This document shows, in pieces, positions 1-10,944 of a DNA stretch of 64,000 bases. The translations under genes were made by a program, and so were the position numbers. Where the stretch lies: the NCBI GenBank assembly GCA_000091205.1, contig AP006491.2. One strand, given 5' to 3'. The notes under the pieces were generated by a model. It was not told where the DNA came from. It did not search any database and saw only the letters and a program-made list of their open reading frames with translations. Source of the stretch: Cyanidioschyzon merolae. Lineage: Eukaryota. Positions within the stretch are counted from its first letter, which is position 1; every line of letters begins with the position of its first letter.

Positions 1-1
1 G

Positions 2-667
2 TGCCAGGTGCTCGTGGAGCGCAAACCCCTCCCTGATCTGGTTGCTTCTATTCGAGATCAGCGATATCGCCTGCAGAAAGCGCGGATGCGGACATCAGGT
101 TTCAGACGCCTCGTGTACCTTATCGAGGGCACTGCTCGAGCGGAAAGCGCGGGTGCCACCGCTGAACACGAGCGATTATGGCGCACGATCGAGAAAGCAG
201 CACTGCATACCAAAGTGCGAGACGGCTTTCATATCGTCCGGGTTCCGAATGCCGTCGTCACTGCCCACTGGTACCAGCAGATGACGCGACACCTTCAGCA
301 GCGACTCGATGCTGGCGATGCATCAGTTTTGGTGAGGGCGTCCGCTTGTCCGGACGCTCCAGTAGCGCCGCTCACGCTGGACCAGTGGCGATACACCATG
401 CAACAACGGGAACAAGTGGTCTCTCTGCAGGCGATGCTGTGTCGACAATTGCAGGCTTTACCCGGTATACGAGAGCGGATCGCGCAGGAGGTCCTCCGTT
501 GCACAGGAGCGACCTGTGCGCACGAGCTTTACGACTGGTTCAAGCTGCATGCCCGGCACCAAGACGGGCCCGCGAAACTCGTCCAGGCATCCAGAAGCGA
601 TGGTAACCGTGGGTCGCGTCCCGTGCCCGCGACAGTGGCAGCGCTACTCTGGCAGCTGTTCACGTGA
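2..667 (+). CDS. C-terminal part of a MUS81-like ERCC4 (XPF/MUS81 family) structure-specific endonuclease; the 5' end lies outside the window
   Basis: ORF 8..667 opens with VERKPLPDLVASIRDQRYRLQKARMRTSGFRRLVYLIEG. This matches the ERCC4 nuclease motif ERKxxxDLxxSIxDxRxxxQKxRLxxSG...YLIE found in MUS81 proteins. The frame stays open back to base 2, so the gene continues upstream of the window. Confidence 0.55.
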   Translation, partial: CQVLVERKPLPDLVASIRDQRYRLQKARMRTSGFRRLVYLIEGTARAESAGATAEHERLWRTIEKAALHTKVRDGFHIVRVPNAVVTAHWYQQMTRHLQQRLDAGDASVLVRASACPDAPVAPLTLDQWRYTMQQREQVVSLQAMLCRQLQALPGIRERIAQEVLRCTGATCAHELYDWFKLHARHQDGPAKLVQASRSDGNRGSRPVPATVAALLWQLFT

Positions 668-754
668 GGCGCCCCATTTTCGTATTCGTACGCGATCGGA
701 TGGTGCTGCTGTAAAAGTTTGATGCCCCGTTCCCATGGGCTACCTCCAAAATGA

Positions 755-795
755 CACATACGTACACACACACACACACACAGAGACAGAGAGCG
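755..795. repeat. (AC)n / (AG)n dinucleotide microsatellite
   Basis: Direct read: acacatacgtacacacacacacacacacagagacagagag. Confidence 0.8.
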
Positions 796-804
796 TACGC
801 TCTT

Positions 805-1752
805 TCAAATGCGTGGCTCCGCGATAGCTGCCAGTTCTTCCAACTCGCGGTCGACGGTCGTGTCAACAGGGCTGCAGGATGCCGCAGTAGCACCCAGTGA
901 CGTGGCCCGTGTACCCCTATCGGCAGACTGGATCGACTGGGGAGGCTCCGGCAGCCGTGCCGCAATACGGTCCGTGCGTCTCGTGAGGGTGCCGGCTTCG
1001 CTGCGCACCTCGACCGCAGCTCGCTCCATACGACCGTTCTGAGCGACCGCAGCACGCGACCGCCCAGGAGCTTGAGCAGCAGCCAACTGGGCCCCCTGGA
1101 TTGGTATTTCGTGGAGAAGGCGGTCCTCATCGACCTCGAACTGGAGTTCCACCATTTGTCGCTCAATCTCACCTTCATCGACAATGTCCGTGGTGATCGG
1201 TTGCTGCAGCGCCATAGTTATCTCGTCGACTCTACCGGTGTGTTCCTGCAAGTCCAACATGGTGCGATCGACTTGTTCCAGAGTCAAGCCCTGATTCATG
1301 CGCTGCAGCACTCCGTTGCCCATTCGTAGCGCCTCGTAGGTTTCCTGGTTATTTCGGGCTGTCTCTATGGCCAGGATTTGCTCTTCGATGCGTTCACGGG
1401 CAGCCATGGTCGTGCGAATCTGCGCCTCCAGTCGCGTTCGTCGCCGCAGACACATCACTGCTCCATCGCGGTTATTCCGTCGAACTTCCTGTCGCGCAGC
1501 CTCCTGTGCTTCCTCTACTCGTCCCCGGAGCAACTGTTCGCGCATATTCAACAAGTTGATGCGCTCACGCATCTGGATGATGGTCTGGCGAACGTCGTCG
1601 CCGGTGACGGCGCCCCGAACACCACCTCTGCCCGCAGGTGACCGTTCCTGGGTGGTACCATTCGTGAGACCTCTCGTCGTTAGCGGGGCTACGGCGCCGC
1701 TGGTCTCCGTGCGCCGCCCACGACGGTTCAACCAGGAAAATAGGTGAGCCAT
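805..1752 (-). CDS. ESCRT-III / Snf7-family (CHMP-like) protein
   Basis: The 315-aa ORF has a charged coiled-coil core (IIQMRERINLLNMREQLL...RRRTRLEAQIRTTMAARERIEEQILAIETARNNQETYEALRMGNGVLQRMNQ...VDRTMLDLQEHTGRVDEITMALQQP...DEGEIERQMVELQFE). Its heptad layout and acidic C-terminal motif are typical of Snf7/CHMP4-type ESCRT-III subunits. Confidence 0.5.
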   Translation of the reverse strand: MAHLFSWLNRRGRRTETSGAVAPLTTRGLTNGTTQERSPAGRGGVRGAVTGDDVRQTIIQMRERINLLNMREQLLRGRVEEAQEAARQEVRRNNRDGAVMCLRRRTRLEAQIRTTMAARERIEEQILAIETARNNQETYEALRMGNGVLQRMNQGLTLEQVDRTMLDLQEHTGRVDEITMALQQPITTDIVDEGEIERQMVELQFEVDEDRLLHEIPIQGAQLAAAQAPGRSRAAVAQNGRMERAAVEVRSEAGTLTRRTDRIAARLPEPPQSIQSADRGTRATSLGATAASCSPVDTTVDRELEELAAIAEPRI

Positions 1753-4700
1753 AGCGCCTTGTCGGTAACGCTACGTTCTTGTGTGAAAATAACCTCTCTC
1801 CTGGAAAACGCTGTACTCGTTGGAAAACCCGGGGTCTCGAGTCACAGACTCGACTGAAGGCCAAGAGACACACTGGCACAAAAAAACGTGTCTTCGTTAC
1901 GCCTGGTCACGTACACGACCGCAGCGGTTCAAGGCGCCCGTGCGAAATGATCCCAGCGGCGCTACACCCCGTAGCGTCCCTGATGCGACAGCAGCAACCA
2001 CAGAAACACACACCTTGGACTCAAGAGCTCACAATGAACAAGTACGCAGGTCGAAAGTCCACGATACCACAGTCTGGCAACGAGACAGCACACACAAGCG
2101 GCAGCGCGAACAAAACGCACACGCTGTCCCTAGAGCTCGGCAGCGCCGGTTACAATTTTTTTTAATTTCATAAAGCGTTGACGAAGGCCGGCATTTCCCG
2201 ATTGACTGCTGGGGCGCTTGATACCAGCGTGCGGAGCAGCATTCATGATTCCACGTCCGACTTCTAAGCTCCATAAGCCATACCGTGTCGTGGGTATACT
2301 GGTTGCTTCGTATATTCTATCGTTTGCTGAGTGCGTGTCCTGATCATCCGCGACACCGCCTATAGCGCCGGTGCGGGCGTAGCACGGCGACAAAACGGCG
2401 TTGCCGTACCTCGGAGGGCGTCTGCTCGAGACGGTAGACAGGTACGCTAGCGCAGCCAGTTGCCCGCCTTTTCTGGCCGGCAGACTGCAGTAGGTTTCAG
2501 CTTGTGCTTGCATACTTCGAGCCTGAGAAGCTGTCCGACAAATCTAGATGGCGGCAGCTCCTTGGGTCCCGTCTTCAGCGCGGCAAAACTCCTGATATAG
2601 ATAGCAGCGTTAAAGTCTCATTTCACAAACTCCATGCGTTTATTGCCGCTGCTCGAGCTGACCAATGGAAGGAGGCATCGGACTCGTGCCCGCTGTGCCA
2701 CTTGGTTCGCTGTCAGCAACTCGTACTTTTCTGTGGCCGAAGGTCTCCGCTGTCTTCTCTCCGTATCGACCCTCTGGCGTGTACATCTGTGCTGATTCCT
2801 TAGATTTTACTTGCTTCATATGAACGCACTTTTTTATGCTCTTAGGTGAAGACCTTCCCCCGGCGAGAGGGACTTGCGGAAGAAAGAAGGCATATGTCCA
2901 AACGTCAGCGTGTGCTAGAAGCCGCAGCGATTCTGTCTGAAGAGCGATCATTACGTTTCAGGACTGAAAACGCTCTTTCGATGGAGTTGAGCCACGGAGA
3001 GTACGAAGGAATGAAAAGCAGCTCTACTCCCGGATAGAATCAGCGAAAAGCTCGAACGCGAAGGGCAATGGTGAAATGCTATGTTGTCCAGTAGAAGGAC
3101 GTCGCCAGACCTGCGGGGAAAAGTCTTCGATCATTCGACGAAAGGGTTGCTGTTGTATGAGCGTTCCCTACGAGCGAAACTCAGGCCGTCAAATGAATCC
3201 ATTCTAGCTAGAACAGATGATGATGTCCTCGTTCTCCTCGAGTTCTACCGAACATTGCACGGGCTCCGTCTCCGCAAATACCCATCTACGCTTCAACCGC
3301 TTCATCCGAAGCAAGTCTCATCGACTGAAACAAACCGACATGACTCCGCTTCATGCTCATCGCGACGTTCCAGCAACGCTATCCTTGCGATTTCGGTGCA
3401 AGATGGTCGCGCGTGAACTACGACTCTTTTTGCGACTATATCCCAGTGTTTTCAGGACGACACGAACAAGCCGTTCAGAAACAGAGACGCCCGTGGTGGC
3501 TGTTACCGTCGCTTTTGCTTTCCATTACATGATCAACGGCTCGTTTTCTATCATTGGCCGAAAGCAGTCTTTCACAGTACCAGTTTCTGGCGCGTGACGC
3601 GTATACTTCTTTCTTTCAGTTTCCCCAACCATCTGAGTGCTGTGGTACATCTGACCTGAATGCGGAATGCAGTCCTCGTTCCACTATTCAGTAAAGAATC
3701 TTTCCTAAAGAAAGTTCGTCGTCAATCTACAATATACATTGCGTAGTGTTTCCGATCTCCTGCAACACACCACGAAAAGCATTCAATTAAATGCAGCGAA
3801 GTTTGAACAATGTTGAGTGGAAACACTATGAACAGGTGGATCTCCTCTGGTCTGGATGCAGCAAGTCGCAGATATGTCGCAGGATGTAACATTTGGTTTC
3901 AGGGAACTGTTATCGAGCTTTGGGACGATTCCAGATCTCCTGAACGCTCTCGATTTGGCATTGTTCTGAATTGTCCATTGCTGCAGCGTATGGACGTGGA
4001 GCCGTTCTCTGAGGAATTCCGATAAAACGCTTTCGAGTGCGTCTCAATTCGACCTAGGCATGAACAGCCGGGGCGTTGGAAGCGCCTCGGAAACGTCAGG
4101 CTGTGTGCAGCATATTAGCATTTGCTTGGGCAGGAAGCAAGGATTCCGCCTCGCATCACCTACATCGAAAGTGATCAAAGCATACAAGCAACGCATTCGC
4201 CAGCTCAAATTCCAAAGTGCCAGCGAATGGACGGCCCAGTCGCGCTGGCGAACCTTGTGCGCAAGCCTCATGAGGAATCCCCAAACCTCTGGCGTATCCT
4301 GGCATCTGCACTTACCGATTCGCTTCACGAACATTCACCCATGCGCCCGCAAGCAAACGCATTCCTGGCAGCAATGCTTTGTATGCGGATATTTCGTTAA
4401 TATCGCAGCTTACAGGTTATCTTTCGCTGCAGCGACAGAACAGGGCATGCCGTGCAGCTCCGGCTGTCGCAAGCTTATTTGCAACCCTTCTCCTGAATCA
4501 CGTATAGGCGACTGCGAACCGGCAACTACAGATTGCAGCTTCCGAGACGCGAACCAGCTTCTAATCGATGCCGGCGACGTTGCTCGCTATCGCACGCTGG
4601 CGGCAGCGCGTACCAGTCTCCCGTCGACGCATGGGGAACGAGCATACGCAATCCAAATGCTCGTGTTTCTGTGCGTCATTTCCAAAATATATAGCTTTGT

Positions 4701-5540
4701 CTCTATCATTTGTCTGCCGATCCATGCACGCCAGTGCTGCTCGCATCGCACCGTTTTCTCGACTGCACCATCAATCGATCATTCGAGCCGAATTCCCTGC
4801 ATGCACTGCGATTGCCGTTCGCAACCAGGGAAGCGCGAAGACACCTCCATGCCTTTCGGGGGCGCATGCAGCTCGCATAAGACCCCGATCACTCGTCACG
4901 TTGCGTAGAACGCATGAACCCAGCGAATGCGCCATTGTTCAGCGCCATTTGAACCCCCCGCTGCGTCGCCGAAAGCGCCATCCACGCGATACCCGCCCAG
5001 CAACAGCGCAGCAGCGTCGACTCGAGACACGCCTCCGGTTGCCGTGTGATCGACGAGCTCCCGCAGCGCGTGCAGATCACCGGCGAAGGCAACGAAGAAG
5101 CCGCAAGGGGCATTGCGCTCCGGATTCGAGCTGCCAACGGACGCGCGCGCCCAGCGATGCGATGCGACGCCCTGGGGATCACGACGGCACGCATCGCCTT
5201 CGATTTTCTCCCAAACGCGTTCATTTCTACCACAAGTTTCGCGGGCTCCAACGGCGAAATCCATTTTTGGTGGGGACACGTGTCCGTCGTGATGGTGCGT
5301 TCCTGGCCAATGATATATCGAACGAAAACAGTGCTTGAGACCTTTCCTCTGTATTCTTCTGCGGCGCGGCTGTTATGGATGGACACCGTCGGCTACGTGG
5401 CATCACGTGGTGACGCGAACTTGTGAAGTACACCAAAATTTTGCATTTGATTGGCGTTGTCATCGTTCGGAAAGAAGACGTGACATATCCCATTACGATT
5501 TAGAGTATACTACGCAAGTATTCGACGAGAAGGATAATAC

Positions 5541-6410
5541 ATGATGCAGTACAAACTCCAAGTGCGCAACTTTATCTTCGTAGTGCTCAGTCTGGCGTTG
5601 CTGGTGGGCCTTGCCTCGAGCGTGGCCGCTGAAACCCTGGACACTGAGGGTCGCTGGTATCAACAGCAAGTGACGGTGACTCCACAGGTGCAGTGCACAC
5701 CTGTGACGTACACGGCAACTTGTGTGCCGAAGCAGGCGTGCGTTCAGTACACGACACAACAGGTTTGCGAGAAAAAGCAGACCGTATGCCAGCAGGTGCA
5801 GCAGGTGCAACAAGTGCAGAAGACGGTGGTTCCGGTGAAGAAGACCGTCATGCCCATGAAGAAACAGCCCTTATATCGCTGGTACCAGTATGAGCAGGTT
5901 CAAGCAACGGCTACGCCAACGCCGATTTGCACTCAGGTGTGTCAGTACGCGAACGTGCAGGTCTGTGCTGCCTATGAGCAATACGAGGTTTGCAAGGTTT
6001 GCACGCAACAGTACGAGGAAGTTCAGAAATGTCAGCAGCAGTACCAGCAGCAGTACCAGCAGATGTATCGGTGGTATCAGCAGGTGCAGGTGACCCAGTG
6101 CCCGGTTGAATGCCAGGCGGGTCAGGTGCAGTGCCAGTACGTGAAGCAGGTGATCTCGACACCGAAGGTACCGTTGACGAAATTGCCGCCACCACCACCA
6201 CCAAGTGTGACGCCAGTGCCAACGGTAATCCCTACGGTCATCCCGACGACCGTCATTCCTACGGTCATCCCGACGACAGTTATTCCTACGGTCATCCCGA
6301 CGACAGTTATTCCAACGATCGTGCCAACGACCGTCATTCCGACAGTCGTCTCGACGACGATCACTACGGCGCCTACAACGTCAGTGCTGCCGTCTGCATC
6401 ACCACTGTAA
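5541..6410 (+). CDS. Secreted Cys/Gln-rich protein with a C-terminal Pro/Thr/Val/Ile tandem-repeat (mucin-like) tail
   Basis: The N-terminus MMQYKLQVRNFIFVVLSLALLVGLASSVAAE looks like a signal peptide. The body is rich in Q, C, V and Y with recurring CxQ / QVQ motifs. The C-terminus is PPPPPPSVTPVPTVIPTVIPTTVIPTVIPTT...; the stop is TAA. Confidence 0.55.
   Translation: MMQYKLQVRNFIFVVLSLALLVGLASSVAAETLDTEGRWYQQQVTVTPQVQCTPVTYTATCVPKQACVQYTTQQVCEKKQTVCQQVQQVQQVQKTVVPVKKTVMPMKKQPLYRWYQYEQVQATATPTPICTQVCQYANVQVCAAYEQYEVCKVCTQQYEEVQKCQQQYQQQYQQMYRWYQQVQVTQCPVECQAGQVQCQYVKQVISTPKVPLTKLPPPPPPSVTPVPTVIPTVIPTTVIPTVIPTTVIPTVIPTTVIPTIVPTTVIPTVVSTTITTAPTTSVLPSASPL
6225..6370 (+). repeat. 27-bp in-frame tandem repeat (unit encodes VIPTVIPTT) inside the secreted-protein CDS
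   Basis: Units atccctacggtcatcccgacgaccgtcatt / cctacggtcatcccgacgacagttatt are repeated about five times. Confidence 0.7.
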
Positions 6411-8284
6411 GTTACGTAGCCGACGAGCGTACATTGAAGTACATCAGGAGTGCCGGGTTGAGCCCAGATGGAGGCAGAGGGGTACGAGGCCAAGATTGGC
6501 CTTTCGTATGGAGAGAACGAATTAGAGAAATTGGAATCGGGGTAGAATTTCAGGCGATGGAGCTGGTCAATGAATACATTACTTCTCTGAAACGGAAAGA
6601 ATGTCTCTCGGTCGCAGTGCCGAGGCGAGAACGTGTGACGAAAAGCACCAAAGTGAACAACCAGCAGCGAGGGAGACGTGTGCTCCAGTCTCTGGCTTTC
6701 TGCACAGCACTCATTTGCGCCTTTCTGGATTTCCATTATAGTCTTTCACCTTAATTGTATTCCATCATCAGGTGCGTATACTCAAATGCCTTTTCGCATT
6801 TCATAGCCAGAAGTGTTCGGATTGCGTTCATTTTGAAAAAATAAAGAGCCCGATGGAAAGTTACGGACACGAAAGTCGAGGATCCTACAGGGCCATCCTC
6901 GCCAGGTTCCGCTAAAAACCCGAAAAGAATGTTGTTTTTGCCTGTGAACGAGGGAAGAAGAGCAAGTGACAAAGAAGACGAAGATGGAGATGTTGATGGG
7001 TGATAGGCGGGACCAGGTGTTCGCGAGACTCGGCGATAACGAGACTGGAATCGCACTGAGGGCTCGAGCTTTGGCAATTCCTGCATTGATGAGTTCAGCC
7101 ACGGGCAATAAACACAAGGAATTTGTGAATTGAGACTTCAACGCCACCATCATTAGCAGACGCTCTACAGTGCTGAAGACGACGAGACCCGAGGAGCTAC
7201 GGCGATCCGAATACGTGTGGTATCCTCCCAGGCTCGTAGTGAACTGGTAGAAACGGATGCCGATACCAGACTGCCGGTCAAAAATGCAAGGAGTCGTCGG
7301 TGCATGGGTAGATCTATTTATTCACCGTTCTTGTAGAACGTTTTCTGTTTTATTGAGAGCAACGATTATCTTCTGCTGCTGCATCCTCAGCACTTTTCTG
7401 CAGTCACGACAGCAGGCAAGTTTCGGCAGCCGAAAGCGCCCCTGCTGCCGCGTTCTCGATCCGCCATGAAAAAGCGTACGCAGATCATGCGATCCGGACG
7501 AGTGTGCATCTCCGGATGCTTGACTCTAGGTATGCCTATGTATTTGTATGAGTATGTGTGCCAAGAGCTGCAGCGATCTGATCACGAGAGTTACCGCTCC
7601 TCGAAGCTGCATGCGGTACAGCGACGGCTGGTCAAGGCGACAAGCAACCTGCGTACCAGAGGCATACGCTCGTGTACCAGCAGAGAAATTGCGGATGCAG
7701 CCGGGTGTGTACGTTTCAAGCGTTCGTGCACGCTACCAGTGAGCTTGTCGCTTTTGCACCCGACTGAATACAATTGGGGTAACGGACTTACAGGCCTCAT
7801 ACGGGCACTCCAAGTCGCAGATGCCAGCGCACAGGGCCTGCTGGTCGCCGGCCCGTCACACCGCTCGCTGCCTGGAATCGCTTCGTACGCCTTTGCACAC
7901 AGGCAGTGTCGAGGCGAGATCTCCACTAAATTCATGCACTCTACATGGAAACATCAAATGATGCTGCCTGTATGGATCCGAATATCATTTGATGCATCCA
8001 GACATGCTGTCGAATGCGGTGGAAGCACGACGTGTCCGATTTATCTTCCTGGAATGTGCACCAGTGCAGCAAGTACCCGAACGCTTGTTATACGGACGCA
8101 CGCCCTCGCCCGTTTCGTGGCGATGATTCCGTTTCCAGTGGCTAGCAGCGTCATGAGACTGGTATCCTCCCCGAGCGCCGGTTTGCTGAGGTCACTACAT
8201 CCCTTCCGTTCTGCCTGCATCCAGGCAAAACGCGGGCGCACAGCGCCCCCATTTCCACATCCGATACCGACACATCCATCTGGA

Positions 8285-10762
8285 TCAGGGTGCTTCTGCG
8301 GTCGATGCGTTCGCGCCACCCGGTACATTCGAAGATGGAATACGGTTGTGCAGCAGCAGCATGTCGAGATAGTCCAACGCTCTGCTCAAGATCAAGTCCT
8401 GGTCCTGGGTAGCGTGGCACATTCCTTCGATCAGGCGATGGAGCGTCGCGAGTTGGGCCAGACGGATGCTATCCGATGTGCGGGCCTGCAGAGATCCAAT
8501 GTACAGAAGCAGGGATCGAACCTGTTCTTGCAGCGATCCGCTGGCGAGATCGTCGGGAGCGGCTTCGTCCTGCTCGGCGCTTCGGAGGGGTCGCGTTTCA
8601 TTGGGACGCGCTGGGAACCTGCGAGCAACACTGTCGGAAGGCAGCGCTGTCATCGATGACGCGGTGCGCCCGATGGACCACAACGAGCGGGGTAACGCGT
8701 CCGAGCGCCCAGAGACATGCCAACGCCCGCCGTCGTCACCCTGTGCTTCGTGGCTCGGGGTGTGCACGCCTGCATTCGACGACCGGGTAGCGCTCGGTGC
8801 TGGTGGTCTTTCGCTGCCATCAGACGCCAACTGCGGCGCCATCGGAGCGACCCCTGCGGCTCCAGCAGCCTGCGCATGCGTCCGTGGCATACCCTCGCGT
8901 TGTTGCGGTGCGGAAATGCGCTGCGTTCGCGAATGCGTAGGATCCGCTAGCCCCAGCGCTCGGTCATGATTCGCATCTGCTGGCGGCATGCTGTCGAATG
9001 CGTCGTACGCTTCTGGTTCCCATGGGTCCACGGTCGTGCCCCAGCGGTCTGCAGATGTCACGGGAAACCCGCGTGCTTTCCGATAATCGACCGCGGAATC
9101 GGGTATCGCTGGAGCGAGACGTGGCGCATCTTCAAACCCGCTCAGATTGGAGCGAGCTTGGATCAAACGAATGTCGGGCGTGGAGCGTTTGTCAGCAGTA
9201 CCTGTCTGCGAGTGATGCGCGGTGCAAGCAGAGACGTGCGCTGTGCGCTTCCGCGTCTGCTCAGCGAGCTGTTGTCGCAGTCCAGCAAGCTCCTGCTGCA
9301 ACCACGCAAAGCGCCGTAACCAGCATTGCTCGGCAGTGGGTTGATCAGGCGTTGCTGTGCAAAAACAAAGCCGAGCATCGAGCGCTGTCCCGTGCTCGAT
9401 GCCGTCGTCGGGAGTCGTACCTGCTGAAGCCCAACGCGCTGCAGTCGAGGGGTTTTCCAGTCGCGCTGGATCCGTCTGCTTGTTCTGATGCGGTGACGTT
9501 GCTGCATGCTCGTTGCGCTGCTTCGAGGCGATGCCCACTTTGTTGTTAGTTCGTTCAGATTCTGCGATCTGCTGGTACTGCATGCCCATACAGTCCTGAA
9601 ACCGATCTTCGATACGTTGCAAGAGTCGGACTGCTTGTCGCTGCAGATTTGTCGTGAACTCGCGGAATATTTGGACATCTCGCGCGAGGTCTGCACGCGA
9701 CTCCGCCAGCGCCTGGGTTTCCTTCTCGAGCTGCTGCCACCAATGGCGACAACCAGCGAGTACGGTGAGTACATCACGTGCAAGTCGCTCGCGGTCAGTG
9801 CGCAAGCCCTCGAAGGCTCGGCTGAGCGCAGTGAACTCGTGCTGGGCGCGCTCAAAGAGACCACGCCACTCCAGGTCGACGCTGGCCGGCTCTCGTGCTG
9901 GGGACAATAGGCTCGCGGGCCGGTTCCGCTGAGCATCGCGGTATCGCATGTGCTCTGTTGCCATGTGTTTGCCCTCGCAACGGTCAGGTGTGAACAACCA
10001 GCATTCGGTACCTGCATCGTTCGGCGAAGGTACAGCGGCCAGTGTCGAGGGTTCGGTCGGCTCGATTGTGAGCAAAGGCATGGAGCTCTTCGATTTTGCT
10101 TCTGGAGCGATGACTTGCTCACGAGGCACCTGACTGTTAGCGTCATCTGCAGTGTATCTTGCGCGATACACGCCGCGAAGCTCCTGCAATGAAGTCAGCG
10201 GTTGGTCTCTGTTTCGAGACGAAAGCGGTTGAAAGCGTACGCCAGCCGGATTATTTCGTATTGGCCTGGAGGTAAGCGCTTCCGCGAGACCTGGCAGAGT
10301 ATCCGCGTTTTCCTTGCAGGCAACATCGAGCGCAGCCGGCACGCTCTCGCATGGTTCACCCTCGGTGATGGTAACGGCCGCAGCAACGCTTGCTCTTGGC
10401 GGGCTCTCGGAGCAGACCGGGCCCTGATGATAATGAGCATGTCCCCGAGCACCTCCTGACACGCCCTGAAGAGCGGTTTCACAGCGCTTGGCTCCAGCTC
10501 TCCCGCGCATAGGCTCGGTGTGCGCTATTTCACGGGAAGAAGCGTGATCTTCCGAGCGCTGCAACTCTTGTAAACCTGGTTCGCTACCGTCTACTTCATT
10601 AGAATTCTGGGCTGTTCGAGAGCTCGTTTCACTTCGGGCCGGGTGCTTCTTTGGCCCTAGTTCGATGTCTCGTCGCCGGAGAAAGGTCTCTCGGCGCCTG
10701 CGCAACTCGTTTTCCCAACGAGCACATGCGTCAAGAACTTGCGTTTCCATAGCGTACATCAA
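8285..10762 (-). CDS. Hypothetical coiled-coil / low-complexity protein (825-aa ORF)
   Basis: Long ORF with coiled-coil-like stretches (LEKETQALAESRADLARDVQIFREFTTNLQRQAVRLLQRIEDRF). I recognise no conserved domain. High GC keeps several frames open here, so coding status is uncertain. Confidence 0.3.
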   Translation of the reverse strand: MMYAMETQVLDACARWENELRRRRETFLRRRDIELGPKKHPARSETSSRTAQNSNEVDGSEPGLQELQRSEDHASSREIAHTEPMRGRAGAKRCETALQGVSGGARGHAHYHQGPVCSESPPRASVAAAVTITEGEPCESVPAALDVACKENADTLPGLAEALTSRPIRNNPAGVRFQPLSSRNRDQPLTSLQELRGVYRARYTADDANSQVPREQVIAPEAKSKSSMPLLTIEPTEPSTLAAVPSPNDAGTECWLFTPDRCEGKHMATEHMRYRDAQRNRPASLLSPAREPASVDLEWRGLFERAQHEFTALSRAFEGLRTDRERLARDVLTVLAGCRHWWQQLEKETQALAESRADLARDVQIFREFTTNLQRQAVRLLQRIEDRFQDCMGMQYQQIAESERTNNKVGIASKQRNEHAATSPHQNKQTDPARLENPSTAARWASAGTTPDDGIEHGTALDARLCFCTATPDQPTAEQCWLRRFAWLQQELAGLRQQLAEQTRKRTAHVSACTAHHSQTGTADKRSTPDIRLIQARSNLSGFEDAPRLAPAIPDSAVDYRKARGFPVTSADRWGTTVDPWEPEAYDAFDSMPPADANHDRALGLADPTHSRTQRISAPQQREGMPRTHAQAAGAAGVAPMAPQLASDGSERPPAPSATRSSNAGVHTPSHEAQGDDGGRWHVSGRSDALPRSLWSIGRTASSMTALPSDSVARRFPARPNETRPLRSAEQDEAAPDDLASGSLQEQVRSLLLYIGSLQARTSDSIRLAQLATLHRLIEGMCHATQDQDLILSRALDYLDMLLLHNRIPSSNVPGGANASTAEAP

Positions 10763-10944
10763 GTCGACGACTTGTCACTTGCAATGACCAGCATCGAAAA
10801 CCTGTCTTGCAGTCGAATCAATCGAATCGACTGCTTGTTCCTGGCAAATGGAAGCGTTTCTCAGTTTACGCGTCGGTAACGTAACGCGCCTCGCCTCGCG
10901 TCAGCGTTGGCGCCAACGCTGCTTACCTAACGGTTTCGCTGAGA

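Noticed and set aside
7466-8659. 397-aa plus-strand ORF
   Set aside because: Low-complexity composition. It overlaps the 5' region of the 825-aa minus-strand ORF and has no recognisable motif.
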